The translations under genes were made by a program, and so were the position numbers. Source: Candidatus Hodarchaeum mangrovi (lineage in GTDB: Archaea > Asgardarchaeota > Heimdallarchaeia > Hodarchaeales > Hodarchaeaceae). From it: a stretch of 64,000 bases of DNA. Position 1 is the first letter of the stretch. Every line of letters starts with the position of its first letter. Location of the stretch: NCBI GenBank assembly GCA_016839515.1, contig JAEOUE010000197.1:12766-76765 (forward strand), in the 5' to 3' direction. Under the pieces are notes generated by a model that was not told the origin of the DNA, made no database searches, and saw nothing but the letters and a program-made list of their open reading frames with translations. This document shows positions 28,662 to 40,040 of the stretch, piece by piece.

Positions 28662-29609
28662 ATGAAGATATTAATAGCAGATGAAATCGCTAACTCTGCA
28701 GTAAAACTTCTTAAAGCTGATTATGACGTAGTAGTCCATCATTATTCTCCAAATGAATTAATAGATGAAATTTCTAAATTTCATGCACTAATTGTACGAA
28801 GCGCAACTAAAGTACCTCGGTTAGTAATTGAAAAAGGAACTAACCTAAAAGCTATAGGAAGAGCTGGTGTAGGAATAGACAATATCGATGTTGTAGCTGC
28901 TACAGAAAGGAAAATTGCTGTAGTTAATTCACCTCACGCCTCAACGATTTCTGTTGCTGAAATGTCCCTTGGTTTTATGCTTGCATTAAGTCGTAAATTA
29001 GTTGATGCTAATTATCAAACAAAGCTTGGAAGATGGCCAAAAAATGCTTTAATGGGCACAGAATTATATGCAAAAACATTAGGATTTATAGGCTGTGGTA
29101 GGATTGGAGCTGAAGTTGCAAAACGGGCACAATCTTTTGGGATGAGATGTATTGCCTATGATCCTTATCTCCCTAAAGAAATAGCTAAATCAATTAATGT
29201 TGAACTTTTTGATGACCTCAATTATGTTCTTGCAACTTCTGACTTTGTTTCAATCCATGCTCTATTGACTGATGAAACATACGGAATGATTGGTGAAAAA
29301 GAATTATCTATTATGAAATCCTCCTCTTTTATCATAAATTGCGCTCGTGGAGGTATAATTGACGAAAAAGCTTTATATGAAGCTTTAATTGAGCGAAGAA
29401 TAAAAGGAGTAGCTTTGGACGTATTTGAAATTGAACCTGCCAAAGAAAATAAATTATTTGAGTTAGAAAATGTTTATGTATCTCCTCACATTGCTGCTTC
29501 AACCATAGAGGCTCAAGAAAGAGCTGGTGAAATTATTGCTGAACAGATAAGATTTGTTCTACAAGGAAATCGTCCTGTATTTTGTGTTAATAATGAAATA
29601 TTTGATTAA
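28662..29609 (+). CDS. D-3-phosphoglycerate dehydrogenase / D-2-hydroxyacid dehydrogenase (no ACT domain)
   Basis: IVRSATKV, GRAGVGIDNID, GCGRIG, INCARGG, DVFE.EP, SPHIAAST.EAQ. Confidence 0.9.
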   Translation: MKILIADEIANSAVKLLKADYDVVVHHYSPNELIDEISKFHALIVRSATKVPRLVIEKGTNLKAIGRAGVGIDNIDVVAATERKIAVVNSPHASTISVAEMSLGFMLALSRKLVDANYQTKLGRWPKNALMGTELYAKTLGFIGCGRIGAEVAKRAQSFGMRCIAYDPYLPKEIAKSINVELFDDLNYVLATSDFVSIHALLTDETYGMIGEKELSIMKSSSFIINCARGGIIDEKALYEALIERRIKGVALDVFEIEPAKENKLFELENVYVSPHIAASTIEAQERAGEIIAEQIRFVLQGNRPVFCVNNEIFD

Positions 29610-29630
29610 ATAATAATTGGAAGGATTTAA

Positions 29631-30131
29631 ATGGGAAGATCTCCTAAAAAAAAGGATTTCATAGAGAAAACGAATGAAAAAGATGACCTGGAGTTTGAAA
29701 CTCTATCATTTGAACAAAAAATTCCTCTTGAAAAACTCAAGGAGCATTTTCCTGCTCTTTATCAAGAAATCAATAAAGAAGTAATGAAAATAAAGATTGA
29801 TGAACAAAGTGTTGAAACTAATGGCTTCAAAACTCAAAATGATTCAACATTTGATCCTTTTACTAATTACGAACCAGATATATTTGATTATTTGGCCAGA
29901 GCAAAAACAGAAGCTGAAGGAAACGAGTTAGTTGACTTTCTAGAAAACCAAAAGAAAATTACTTCTCAAATTGCTACCGAAATAAGGGAAAAAATAAAAA
30001 AAGATGGAATTAGAAGCTTTGGACCTTTGAGAGGACCTAATTATTATTTTCAGAAAGCAGGGGAAATATCTACCAAACATGTAATTAAAAAAAGATACTC
30101 TTTATCTAGAGACTTAGAAGAATTTGATTGA
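29631..30131 (+). CDS. DUF2095-like conserved archaeal protein
   Basis: FP.L..E, Y.P...DYL.RA.T..E..E.VDFL, GIRSFG..R...YY. Confidence 0.75.
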   Translation: MGRSPKKKDFIEKTNEKDDLEFETLSFEQKIPLEKLKEHFPALYQEINKEVMKIKIDEQSVETNGFKTQNDSTFDPFTNYEPDIFDYLARAKTEAEGNELVDFLENQKKITSQIATEIREKIKKDGIRSFGPLRGPNYYFQKAGEISTKHVIKKRYSLSRDLEEFD

Positions 30132-30141
30132 ATTTTTTTTG

Positions 30142-31341
30142 TTATACTGCTGCAACAATACGAATTACATCTCCAAATTTAATCACAGATTTATCAGATA
30201 ATTTTCTGTTTGTTTTAGCATCGACTCCGTAAATGAAGTTTTTGAACAAGTCTTGATGAATAATACCAGCAAGTTCCTTAACAGTCGTACCCTCTTTTAC
30301 TAAAAAAACTTCCGGAAGGATACGGCCATCTTGATCACTATAATGCGTGCTATCTGCCACAGGATAGACTGGGATTAATTTTAAAACATCAAAAACAGCC
30401 CTGTTAAGAGTCTCAAAAACACCTGTTGTTTTATAAGGAAGTAATATTTCTTTCTCAATCTTTAATATAATCTGCTGTTCTTTAGTAGATAATTCATCAA
30501 TAATTTCTAATTTTCCACTTTCAGAGATGTAATTTATCTTTCTTTGCGTATTTAAATTCTTTAAAACTAGATCAGTTAGAGCAGTAGTTGGAATAACAAA
30601 ATTTCCAAACATATTTTGCAGATTTTCAAGATGAGACTTGGAAGTTGGTTTATCTATTTTATTTGCTGCAATAAGTATTGGTTTTCCAATTTTTTGAACA
30701 GAATTACAAAGTTTAAGAATTTCTTCATCGGTCCAATTCTGAACGTTCTTTAAGTCTAAATTTGATTCATTAACTGCGTGTAAAATGTCCGATTTGGTAA
30801 TTTTTAACCCCGTGAATTTTTCAGTGATAAAATCTATTATATTCTTTTGTTCAGTTTGAGCCTTTCTAATAGCCCGATTCCAATCTTTTTTGAGTATTCC
30901 GTTCATCCATTGGGTGATTTCATCTTCCAAAAAAGAAATATCAATCATTGGATCGTGACTTCCTGGTTCTACATTTTCTCCTTCTTCATTAAGAGAACCT
31001 GAAGCATCTACTACATGAATTAGGATATCAGCTTGAGCAAGATCTGCAAGAAACTGATTACCCATCCCCCTTCCTTTATAAGCACCTGGAACTAATCCTG
31101 CTACGTCAATAAGTTTTATTGGAATTTTTCGAATTCTGTCTATACATTCAGAATTTCTAGGTTGACAAGTAACATTTAATTCATTACATACACAGGGTGT
31201 TGTGACAAAACCAACTCCTTGGTTTGGATCAATCGTCGTAAAGGGGTAATCTCCTGTTTTTGCTGATGTCCCACATAATGCATTTAAAAAAGTCGTTTTT
31301 CCACTAGACGGTTTTCCTACTATCCCTATTAAGACACCCAT
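30142..31341 (-). CDS. ychF: YchF/Obg-family translation-associated NTPase with TGS domain
   Basis: GKPSSGKTT, YPFTTIDPN, DVAGLVPGA..GRGMGNQFL, ANK.D, C-terminal TGS. Confidence 0.93.
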   Translation of the reverse strand: MGVLIGIVGKPSSGKTTFLNALCGTSAKTGDYPFTTIDPNQGVGFVTTPCVCNELNVTCQPRNSECIDRIRKIPIKLIDVAGLVPGAYKGRGMGNQFLADLAQADILIHVVDASGSLNEEGENVEPGSHDPMIDISFLEDEITQWMNGILKKDWNRAIRKAQTEQKNIIDFITEKFTGLKITKSDILHAVNESNLDLKNVQNWTDEEILKLCNSVQKIGKPILIAANKIDKPTSKSHLENLQNMFGNFVIPTTALTDLVLKNLNTQRKINYISESGKLEIIDELSTKEQQIILKIEKEILLPYKTTGVFETLNRAVFDVLKLIPVYPVADSTHYSDQDGRILPEVFLVKEGTTVKELAGIIHQDLFKNFIYGVDAKTNRKLSDKSVIKFGDVIRIVAAV

Positions 31342-31492
31342 TAGAATTAGTTCTCCTTTTACTTTTTTTTTTCTAAATTATTTTGAAGCTAATATTTTAC
31401 TTTTTAAATACCCTTTATTCGATACAATTTAACTCAATGTAAAAAATAAAAAAATTATACTGAATTCACTTTACATTGATAGATACGTATAA

Positions 31493-33268
31493 TTGTACGT
31501 TAAGGTTTATATTTATTCTCTCATAACGGAAATTGTGAAAAGTTCTCAAGAAATACCATCTGAAATAGCTCTCATCTTAAATCGATTAACCGATAAGTGG
31601 AAAAAAACATTATTGAATAAGAATCGAGAATATTTCAAGAATGAAATAAAAAATGATTTACTTTCGTGGTATAAATTCCTAAATTACCTAATTTTTAATC
31701 ATGATTCTTTACCACAAGAGATATGGGCAGCATTAATCAAAACTGCGTGGTTGTTTGCTGATATTGAATTTTTCAAAGAATATGGGCAAAAAATTAATAC
31801 AGAATTAACTGATTCAATATCCTTAATTTATTATGGGATTGCACAAACTGAATTTTTCAATTTCCAAGATGGGTTTACGTTAATTGAGCAAAATATTGAC
31901 GTTTTAAATGAAAAAAATGATTGGTTAGGGCTACTCGAAGTTTCGACGGCTTATGCATTAATTCTCAATAATTCAGAAAAGATTGATCAATTAATTTCAT
32001 TCAAAAACCAAATAGATGAAATTTTTCTTCAAAAATTTCATGGAAATAAAATTTATCAACATTTAACAATCCCAATCACCCAATTTATGCATAAAAAGGA
32101 TAAAAAAATAATAATCGATGAAGAATTGGATTACTTGACCATTGCTATTGAAGGAAAGGACAATTTAATTATTGGATTGACATATATATACTATGCAAAT
32201 CTCCATGAGGATACCAATTATATAGATAATATGAAAAAAGCAATATATCACTTTAATAAAATTAATGCAAAGCAGCGATTACTAATTGCTTATACAAACT
32301 TGGCAAGTCATTACTCGACGAAGCAGTCTCTAGAAATGTTACAAGAATATACTAACAAAGCTATAAATTTAGCAGATGAGATTTCACCTGAAGAAAAGAG
32401 GTCTCAGCATCTCTATCCGTATTTAATGAAAGGTTACATTGAATTAAGAATGGGTCATTTACATAGTTCAGAAGCTTTATTCAAAACAGTTATCATCATT
32501 GCTGAAAAATGTTCAAGTAAAATATACCTGGTAAAATCATATCATGGATTAGCTCAAGTTTATTTTCTATTAAACCAAAATAAATTAGCAATTGATCAGG
32601 CAGAGACTGCTTTTTCTTATTGTACAAATTTTAAAGACGGTCATTTCTATAAATATTATTTAATTGAGCATATCGATCTTTTAATTGAACTAAATCATTT
32701 GGACAATATCAATAACTACCTGAATGAAATTAATCTTTATATCTCTGATTTAGATTCTTGTATCCAGATTTACTTTAATTTTGTAAAATCGAAATTTGAA
32801 CTGAAGAAACGAAATATTGGAACAGCTAAAGAAATAATTTCTACTTTAATACCTGAATTAAATAAGTGTAAAAAATTACATTCAACAATATTATTAGAAT
32901 ATGGTGAAATATTATTACATGAATTTCGACTCTCTGAAGATCATGATTTATTATTAGAGGCACAAAAAGTTATTGAAAGGGGTTTAGAGAGAATTGAAGA
33001 TATACCAAGTCGTATTAAGGGAGAATATTTGTCTGCTATCCTATTTACTGCTCAAAAAAGATATGATGAAGCAGAAGATTTATTAGAATCACTTATTTCT
33101 AATACAAAGGAATCTGTGCCAAGGTTTTTAATTCTTGCAGAGAAATTATTGGATAATATTCGTGATACCCGTTCTGCAGGAACACCGGTTTCCCCAATGA
33201 GTAATCTCAAAGAGGTAATTCAATATCTTCAAGATGCTAAATCTGTAACTGAATCACAACCTAGATAG
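31493..33268 (+). CDS. TPR-repeat protein
   Basis: Helical repeats such as AYTNLASHY and SYHGLAQVYF.LNQNKLA. Confidence 0.75.
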   Translation: MYVKVYIYSLITEIVKSSQEIPSEIALILNRLTDKWKKTLLNKNREYFKNEIKNDLLSWYKFLNYLIFNHDSLPQEIWAALIKTAWLFADIEFFKEYGQKINTELTDSISLIYYGIAQTEFFNFQDGFTLIEQNIDVLNEKNDWLGLLEVSTAYALILNNSEKIDQLISFKNQIDEIFLQKFHGNKIYQHLTIPITQFMHKKDKKIIIDEELDYLTIAIEGKDNLIIGLTYIYYANLHEDTNYIDNMKKAIYHFNKINAKQRLLIAYTNLASHYSTKQSLEMLQEYTNKAINLADEISPEEKRSQHLYPYLMKGYIELRMGHLHSSEALFKTVIIIAEKCSSKIYLVKSYHGLAQVYFLLNQNKLAIDQAETAFSYCTNFKDGHFYKYYLIEHIDLLIELNHLDNINNYLNEINLYISDLDSCIQIYFNFVKSKFELKKRNIGTAKEIISTLIPELNKCKKLHSTILLEYGEILLHEFRLSEDHDLLLEAQKVIERGLERIEDIPSRIKGEYLSAILFTAQKRYDEAEDLLESLISNTKESVPRFLILAEKLLDNIRDTRSAGTPVSPMSNLKEVIQYLQDAKSVTESQPR

Positions 33269-33282
33269 CAAGAAAAGATTTT

Positions 33283-34764
33283 TTATTTTTGATAATTTGA
33301 TTTAAAAAACTCTATAGGGTTACCTTTAAGGATCTTTTTCCATGATTGAAGAGTGCCACCATTATTAGCTACTGAAGATAATATTGGTGTCAATTCTGGA
33401 CCTCCTAAAGATAAAATTGCTTGGATTGTAGCCCATTCGATTGGAAATGTTTTAAATTGATGTTTAGATTTTAACTTTAATTTTAGATACTCAAGACCCT
33501 CTTGAATTGAAGAATAATTAACTGGATGTGAACTAAGTTTTGTCCCTAATTTAGGAATTAATGGATTAACTGATAATTTGAATCTAATAGAAGGAAAAAG
33601 ATCCACGAGTTCTTGTGTAAAATCTGCTATTTGTTGTCCCTCTATTACTGGGTCTTCCGATAATCCTATAATATAATAAAATTTTAGTTCTCTTATTCCA
33701 TTGCGTTCAGCATTCGTTATAAAATCTTTGATCTGCTGATTCGACAGATTTTTTCCTATTTTTTTTCGTAATATTTCAGAACCTGTTTCAGGAGCAACAG
33801 AAAGATTTTTTTGGCCTGAATAATTTAATTTTTCTAAAAGTTTTATTCCTGAATCCATTCTAATACTTGGTAAAGTAAATTTTAACTTTTTAGAAGAAAA
33901 AAAATCAATTAATTGGTCAATTTTGCTATATTCCGCTGTACTTGATCCAATAAGAGAAAAAAAATTAGTTTGTGTTTCTATACTTCCTTTATTAATAATT
34001 AATTCAAGATTTGCTAAAGAACGTTCTCTCATTGGACGAAAAGCTTTTCCAATTAAACAGAAATGACATCCATGCGGACAACCCCTTGTTATTTGCAAAA
34101 AAAACCCATTTAAACTACCTTTCTTCTTCTCTTTTACTAAAGGTCTAACTTGAGCTGTAGGAAAGGGTACTTTATCAAGATCAGGTGTAATTACTGGAAA
34201 CCATTTCTCAAATTTAATATCAGGGTAATAAAAACCAGATATAGAGGAAATTGAATCCCTTAAACTTTTAAATTTGCTGTTAACAATTGTTTGAAGAAAT
34301 TCAAGGACAACACTTTCAATTTCCCCTATAAAGAAAAGATCAAAAATTTTAAGCAGTGGTCCTGGATTTATGGTAACCGTGGGTCCTCCTGCAATAAGAA
34401 TAGGATAAGATGAAGATCTATCATGTAACAGAATTGGTATTTTAGACTGTTGAAGCATTCGTATTGCATTAATATAATCCAATTCAAACTGAAACGTGAA
34501 AGCAAGGATATCAAATTGATGAAGGTTTTTTTTCGTTTCTAAGGAAGTGGGCAATCTTGGATCCTTAGCTGAGTAAAATATTCTTTCTGTACTAATATTT
34601 GGGTGTTGATTAAGTAAAGAATAAAGTAGCTTAATCGTTAGTCCTGACATTCCAACTTGATACGAATTTGGATATACTAGCCCTATTCGCCATTGTATTG
34701 ATGATTTGGGTTTTTGAATTACATTTATTTCTTTAATTTTACTTGTCATTTCTGCTCTTACCAA
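33283..34764 (-). CDS. Radical SAM protein with N-terminal B12-binding-like domain
   Basis: YPNSYQVGMS, IAGGP...NP, RGCPHGCHFC, APETGS. Confidence 0.9.
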   Translation of the reverse strand: MVRAEMTSKIKEINVIQKPKSSIQWRIGLVYPNSYQVGMSGLTIKLLYSLLNQHPNISTERIFYSAKDPRLPTSLETKKNLHQFDILAFTFQFELDYINAIRMLQQSKIPILLHDRSSSYPILIAGGPTVTINPGPLLKIFDLFFIGEIESVVLEFLQTIVNSKFKSLRDSISSISGFYYPDIKFEKWFPVITPDLDKVPFPTAQVRPLVKEKKKGSLNGFFLQITRGCPHGCHFCLIGKAFRPMRERSLANLELIINKGSIETQTNFFSLIGSSTAEYSKIDQLIDFFSSKKLKFTLPSIRMDSGIKLLEKLNYSGQKNLSVAPETGSEILRKKIGKNLSNQQIKDFITNAERNGIRELKFYYIIGLSEDPVIEGQQIADFTQELVDLFPSIRFKLSVNPLIPKLGTKLSSHPVNYSSIQEGLEYLKLKLKSKHQFKTFPIEWATIQAILSLGGPELTPILSSVANNGGTLQSWKKILKGNPIEFFKSNYQK

Positions 34765-36028
34765 GTTTTTTTATCATTAAACCCTTTTTCGTATCAAAAT
34801 AATAAATGGTATTTGCTGGAACATCAGTAGTAACGAGTGTATGAGCTCCAATCTGAGAATTTTCTCCTAAAATAACACCAGGCATTAGGGAGGCATTGAT
34901 TCCAGTACTAACCCCGTCACCCATGATAATACCTAGTTTTCTATGACCAGTTTGAAGTCTTTCCCCTTTTATATTCATTTTAATTTCGTTTTTTTCAAGC
35001 TTTAAATTTGCCACCTTAGTTCCAGCACCAAAATTGCAATTTCGACCAATAACCGAATCTCCAATATAGGTGAGATGTCCAATAGTTGTATTATCAAGAA
35101 TAATACTATTTTTTATTTCTACAGCGTTACCAATTTTTACATGCTTTCCAATGTAAGAATACGGTCTAATATAACAATTAGGGCCAATAAAGGCACCTTC
35201 GTCAATGCATACAGGCCCTTGAATGTAGACACCAGGTTTTAAATCGACATGATTCTTGATTTCAACTGGACCTTCGATATTTACTCCATTCAATTTAGGT
35301 TCGAGAGTTCTTTGAACTAATTCTTTCATAGAAGCTTCATTAGCTTCTAAAATATGCCAGGGGTATCCAATATCAGTCCAATGCTCTTTGATAAGGAACA
35401 CTGAAAACTCAAATCCTTTTAAAATGGCCATATTAACTATATCAGGTAATTCAATTTCCCCTCTTGGAGAAACTGCAATTCTGGGATATAAATCGAAAAT
35501 AGCTCTAGGAAGGGTCATAATTCCTGCATTGATCATGTTACTAATAGGTTTTGGACTTTTTTCATGTATTTTAACTAATAAATCGTTCTTAAACTCAAGA
35601 CACCCATAAATTTCTGGATTGGGGACTTTAGCCGCAGCAAATGTTCCAAGTTTAGGCGCATTTTTTACTGATACTTCAAGGAAGGAAGAAATATCTTTTG
35701 AAAGTGCAAAAATATCCCCATAAAACATAAAAAACATTTCTGAATTTATTAAATTTTTACATATTTGTACTGCATGTCCTGTACCAAGTTGTTCTTTCTG
35801 ATTAACCCATTCGATTTTAAATGGGAAATCGTACTTTTCCACTCTTCTTTGAATTTGATCTGCCTCAAACCCAATGACTAATATTACCTTATCAACATGG
35901 TTTTTGAGATTGTCAAGAATGTGAAATAGAATTGGTTTCCCACCAATGGGTATCAATGGTTTAGGAAATTTATTTGTGATTGGATTTAATCTCGTCCCTT
36001 TCCCCGCTGTAAGGATTAATGCTTCCAA
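34739..36028 (-). CDS. glmU: Bifunctional sugar-1-phosphate nucleotidyltransferase/acetyltransferase (archaeal GlmU)
   Basis: AGKGTRL.P.T...PKPL, LGTGHA, RGEIEL.D, hexapeptide repeats, HLTYIGDS, NFGAGT. Confidence 0.92.
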   Translation of the reverse strand: MEALILTAGKGTRLNPITNKFPKPLIPIGGKPILFHILDNLKNHVDKVILVIGFEADQIQRRVEKYDFPFKIEWVNQKEQLGTGHAVQICKNLINSEMFFMFYGDIFALSKDISSFLEVSVKNAPKLGTFAAAKVPNPEIYGCLEFKNDLLVKIHEKSPKPISNMINAGIMTLPRAIFDLYPRIAVSPRGEIELPDIVNMAILKGFEFSVFLIKEHWTDIGYPWHILEANEASMKELVQRTLEPKLNGVNIEGPVEIKNHVDLKPGVYIQGPVCIDEGAFIGPNCYIRPYSYIGKHVKIGNAVEIKNSIILDNTTIGHLTYIGDSVIGRNCNFGAGTKVANLKLEKNEIKMNIKGERLQTGHRKLGIIMGDGVSTGINASLMPGVILGENSQIGAHTLVTTDVPANTIYYFDTKKGLMIKKLGKSRNDK

Positions 36029-36637
36029 TTTTTCAGCCTCAGAACTATTTTACTAATAATCTGAAAGTAGAATTAGTATTGTATTAGTAAAGTTGATCAA
36101 ATTTTGTAATTCTTTTCTACTACTTCTTTGCTAGATTTTAGATATAAAGAAATCGTTCATTCAGTTTAATTGTTAAGAATTAAATAATGAAGATTTAGGA
36201 GGTATTTTTAGATTGGAAAACAAATTTCTTAGAATAGAACAAAACATTCTATTTTTTTGATTGAAAATATTTTGGAAAATCATTCCACAATATTAGTTAA
36301 AATATTATTTAGAGGAGAAAGAAAAAGATTTAGTAGGATTTAGAGTTTTTTTACAATTTTAAGGATTTCAGTGTCTCTTTTCTAATTTAAAAGTAGATAT
36401 GTAGAGAAACAATGAAGAAGATCTATTGTTTTAAAATGAATTTAGCTGGTTAAAAGAATATAAATTGTAATTATCAGTTTCGTTTTAGAAAGTTTTTTAT
36501 GTGAACATGATTCAATATTACATGCATATATCACGGTGTTATAGTCTTTTCAGATATTTTATGCTAAATAAACTTTGATTCAAATTACTGGTCATCCAGT
36601 CTTTCGACATATAACAAACCAATAGGAGTGCTTTGGA

Positions 36638-37165
36638 TTGAACAACACCGAATATCGTACCTCTACTTCTGTATCATCCGAAATAAATCGGTTGGTACGC
36701 GATATAGATAAACATCGTGCCATTGCTTCCGATTTTTATGAGGAATTACTAGGGCACGCTTCCTTCTTTAAATCATCCAAAGAAGGTTCAAATGACTCCG
36801 ATGAAAGAAAACGTCGTTTTAAACGCATGGGAGTGATTTTAGAAGAATTAAAAGAAGAATATTGGGAAATCTGTGATTTAATACTTGAATTAAATGGTGT
36901 TGAATTGTTTGAGAGCAAATCAACGGAAGAAGGGCTACGAATCTCACGAGAATTAATTGAATTTCTTACACAACTTGAACCAACTGTAAGAAATGCTCAT
37001 AAAACATTACGATCTAATGAACTGGGAACAGTTGGTTCTGATCTATTATCTAGTATCAAAAATCAGAAATTCTTCACATTAAATGAGGTTCTGCAAAATA
37101 TATTTACTGAAATAAATGCCTTAAGCGAACAATTCAAAGATTTACGACAAAAGAGAATAATGTAA
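36638..37165 (+). CDS. Hypothetical alpha-helical protein
   Basis: 175-aa ORF with a GGAG upstream and a terminator-like hairpin at its end; no recognised motif. Confidence 0.65.
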   Translation: MNNTEYRTSTSVSSEINRLVRDIDKHRAIASDFYEELLGHASFFKSSKEGSNDSDERKRRFKRMGVILEELKEEYWEICDLILELNGVELFESKSTEEGLRISRELIEFLTQLEPTVRNAHKTLRSNELGTVGSDLLSSIKNQKFFTLNEVLQNIFTEINALSEQFKDLRQKRIM

Positions 37166-37187
37166 AAGGGGAAATCCCCTTTTTTTT
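37164..37187. terminator. Hairpin with A and T tracts between convergent genes
   Basis: AAAAGGGG-AAAT-CCCCTTTTTTTT. Confidence 0.65.
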
Positions 37188-37189
37188 AT

Positions 37190-37786
37190 TTATTCTATAA
37201 CCAGTTCTCCACATTTAGGACAAGAGAAAGCTCCAGGAGGTATTTTTTCACCACATTTATTACAAATCCATATCTTCTTTGTACTATCCGTTGACCAAAT
37301 TTTCCGTGTTGGGACTGATTTTGGTACTGGCTTTTTAACTTTTGTTGCAGAACCTGTTGCATAAGCTGTTATTGTTGCAACAATAGCACATGAAATTGTT
37401 CCAAATATAAACTCTGATATTGCACCTAATTCAATTGTTGGAACATTTACAATTAAAAGAAATGCTGCTCCTAGTATAGTACCAAAGAATCCAGCGAATC
37501 CTCCCCAAAACCCTGATTTAGCCCTTATACCAGCAATCAAGCCTGAAATGGCCCAAGCAACGAGAACAGCCCAAAATGAATATAATGTAGTAGCATTTAA
37601 GTTCATGCCATAAAACATTTGTTGAATTACGGCATTAAAGTCTAAGGCTGTAAGGGAAGCGGCATGACTTGGATCAAATATTAACTGAGTAAGTTCTAAT
37701 GCTGATAATCCTATGCTCAACACCAATATTGTGTTTATTATTGGATTTGTAGTTTTATTTGACGAATTTTGTGACATTAATGACAT
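37190..37786 (-). CDS. Membrane protein with C-terminal Zn ribbon
   Basis: About four TM helices; WICNKCG..CPKCG. Confidence 0.75.
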   Translation of the reverse strand: MSLMSQNSSNKTTNPIINTILVLSIGLSALELTQLIFDPSHAASLTALDFNAVIQQMFYGMNLNATTLYSFWAVLVAWAISGLIAGIRAKSGFWGGFAGFFGTILGAAFLLIVNVPTIELGAISEFIFGTISCAIVATITAYATGSATKVKKPVPKSVPTRKIWSTDSTKKIWICNKCGEKIPPGAFSCPKCGELVIE

Positions 37787-38015
37787 CCTTCTATTAAATT
37801 AATGAATTTAGAGGGGAAATTAAAAAGCAAGTTTACAGATTAAAGCTTTCTATGACAATTATTAAATTATATTGAATTAAGGTTAATATTTAGATAGAAG
37901 TAAATTTACTGTGATTAGACTAGAATAGTCCAAAATTAGAGTTTAAAACCCAATGTCTACAAATAAAACAGTTAAGATCTTTTGATTTGATTTATCAAAG
38001 AGTTGTCATACAAAA

Positions 38016-40040
38016 ATGAATAAAATGTCAAATTTAGATGTATATGCGATTTCAAAGGAACTCCAAGCTCTTGTTGGATATAGAGTAGATAATATTTATC
38101 GTGATTCATCGGATAGTTTTTATTTGTTTAAATTTAAAGGAACTGGGAGTTTTAAAAATCCAATATTATTGATAGAACCAGGAGTCCGTTTTCATTTAAC
38201 AGAATACAAACATGAAGTACCTCAGCGTCCAACGGAGAAGATTATGGCAGTAAGAAAACATTTAAAGGGTTCAGAATTAGTTAAAATTTGTCAAGTTGAA
38301 TTTGATAGAATTATAGAGATGACATTGGTAGGAAAGCAGAAGTATCGAGTTTATGTTGAGCTTTTTGGGACAAAACCAAATTTTGTTATTGTGGGAGAGG
38401 AGAATAAGGTAATTTCAGCTTTGTGGTATAGAAAAATGCGTCATCGCGATCTTTTACCAGGTAAGGAGTTTGAATTACCTCCAAGTAGTGGAAAGTCAAT
38501 ATTTCAACTTAGTCTTGAGGAATTAAAATCAAACCTAGCTTCCAGTGAATATCAAAACGAGGAAATTGTTAGAGTATTAGTACGTAAATTTGGGGGAGGA
38601 GGGGGCCTTATGGAAGAAATTTTATACAGAGCTGGGATTTTAAAATCAATTCACTGCTCTGAAATAACAGAAAAAGAAATTATGACTTTTTTATCTATTT
38701 TCAAAGAAATAGAAATAGAATTAATCAACTTAAATCCTTCTGTAATTCTTGATAAAGACAATAAACCAGTTTTATATCAACCAATAACTCTAAGATCAAT
38801 AGATGGTTTTTTAAGAAAGTTTGATACTTTTTCTGCTGCTATGGACTATTATTACTCTTCTACTCTTCCTCAGATTTCCACAAGTATAATATCAATTGAT
38901 CGAAAGCGGAAAAAGATACTAGCAATAAAGGAGAAACAGGAAAAAGCAATTAAAGAGTTTACAGCGAAGGAAATGAGATACAAATTGCTTGGAGACCGAA
39001 TTTACGAGAATTTTCATTTAATTGATGATTTATTAAGTACAATAATGCAGGCACGTAAAAAGAATATATCCTGGGAGGAGATTATGAAAAAATTTGAAAG
39101 TGCAGGAACTCACAGCTTTCCTTCTTTGAAAATTCTCAAAGAAATAGTTCCCGAAAAAGGAAAAATTATTCTAATATTGGATTCAGAAGAAGTTGAAATC
39201 GATTTTCGAAAATCTGCTTCAAATATAGCTAATGATTTCTATGAAAATGCCAAAAAAGTATCAAGGAAAATTGTACCAGCCCAAGAAGCTCTTGAAAAAA
39301 CAATTGAGAGACTAAATAACCTATCAGAGGAACTTACTATTCAAAAAGAAGCTGCATCGTTGAATTTAAAGAGACGAAAAAGAAAATGGTATGAAAAATT
39401 TCATTGGACTTATTCAAAAAATAATTTTCTAATTATTGGAGGAAAAGATATTTCAGGAAATGAAGAGTTAGCTAAACGGCGATTAAATGAGACTGACCTA
39501 TTTTTTCATGCTGAGCTTCAAGGTGCTCCTTATACTATATTGAAACGAGAATCCAATGATTTGGATCCTTCAGAAGAAGACATTAAAACTGCTGCTCAAT
39601 TAGCTGCTTGTTTTTCAAGTGGTTGGAAAGTTGGATATGGTGCAGTAGATGTCTATTATGTAACTGGTTCAAATGTGAGTTTTTCAGCACCAAGTGGTGA
39701 ATATATACCAAAGGGGGGAATAATGATTAAAGGAACTAGGAATTATATCAGGGGAGTTGAATTAATTCTAGCAATCGGTATAGAATTTGATGAATATTCC
39801 GCTAGAATAATTTATGGAAATGAAGAAAAAATAAAACTAGTAAGCCAAAATTACATTTTGATCAAACCTGGTTCCGAACCAAAAGGAAAATTAGCAAAAA
39901 AAATCCAAAAAGTCTTTATTGAGAATGCTAACTCATCTGAAGAGCAAGCAAAAATACGTGCGATAGATTTGAACGAATTTGTTCACGCCATACCACATAA
40001 TTCAGTGATCTATAATGTTTTCTTTTCTAAATCAGTCTAA
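38016..40040 (+). CDS. rqcH: Ribosome quality-control factor Rqc2/NEMF (RqcH, NFACT)
   Basis: MSNLDV, RKHL, FDRI, VELFG..PN, WYEKFHW, IGGKD...NE, FFHAELQGAP, APSGEYI.KG...IKG.RNY. Confidence 0.93.
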   Translation: MNKMSNLDVYAISKELQALVGYRVDNIYRDSSDSFYLFKFKGTGSFKNPILLIEPGVRFHLTEYKHEVPQRPTEKIMAVRKHLKGSELVKICQVEFDRIIEMTLVGKQKYRVYVELFGTKPNFVIVGEENKVISALWYRKMRHRDLLPGKEFELPPSSGKSIFQLSLEELKSNLASSEYQNEEIVRVLVRKFGGGGGLMEEILYRAGILKSIHCSEITEKEIMTFLSIFKEIEIELINLNPSVILDKDNKPVLYQPITLRSIDGFLRKFDTFSAAMDYYYSSTLPQISTSIISIDRKRKKILAIKEKQEKAIKEFTAKEMRYKLLGDRIYENFHLIDDLLSTIMQARKKNISWEEIMKKFESAGTHSFPSLKILKEIVPEKGKIILILDSEEVEIDFRKSASNIANDFYENAKKVSRKIVPAQEALEKTIERLNNLSEELTIQKEAASLNLKRRKRKWYEKFHWTYSKNNFLIIGGKDISGNEELAKRRLNETDLFFHAELQGAPYTILKRESNDLDPSEEDIKTAAQLAACFSSGWKVGYGAVDVYYVTGSNVSFSAPSGEYIPKGGIMIKGTRNYIRGVELILAIGIEFDEYSARIIYGNEEKIKLVSQNYILIKPGSEPKGKLAKKIQKVFIENANSSEEQAKIRAIDLNEFVHAIPHNSVIYNVFFSKSV

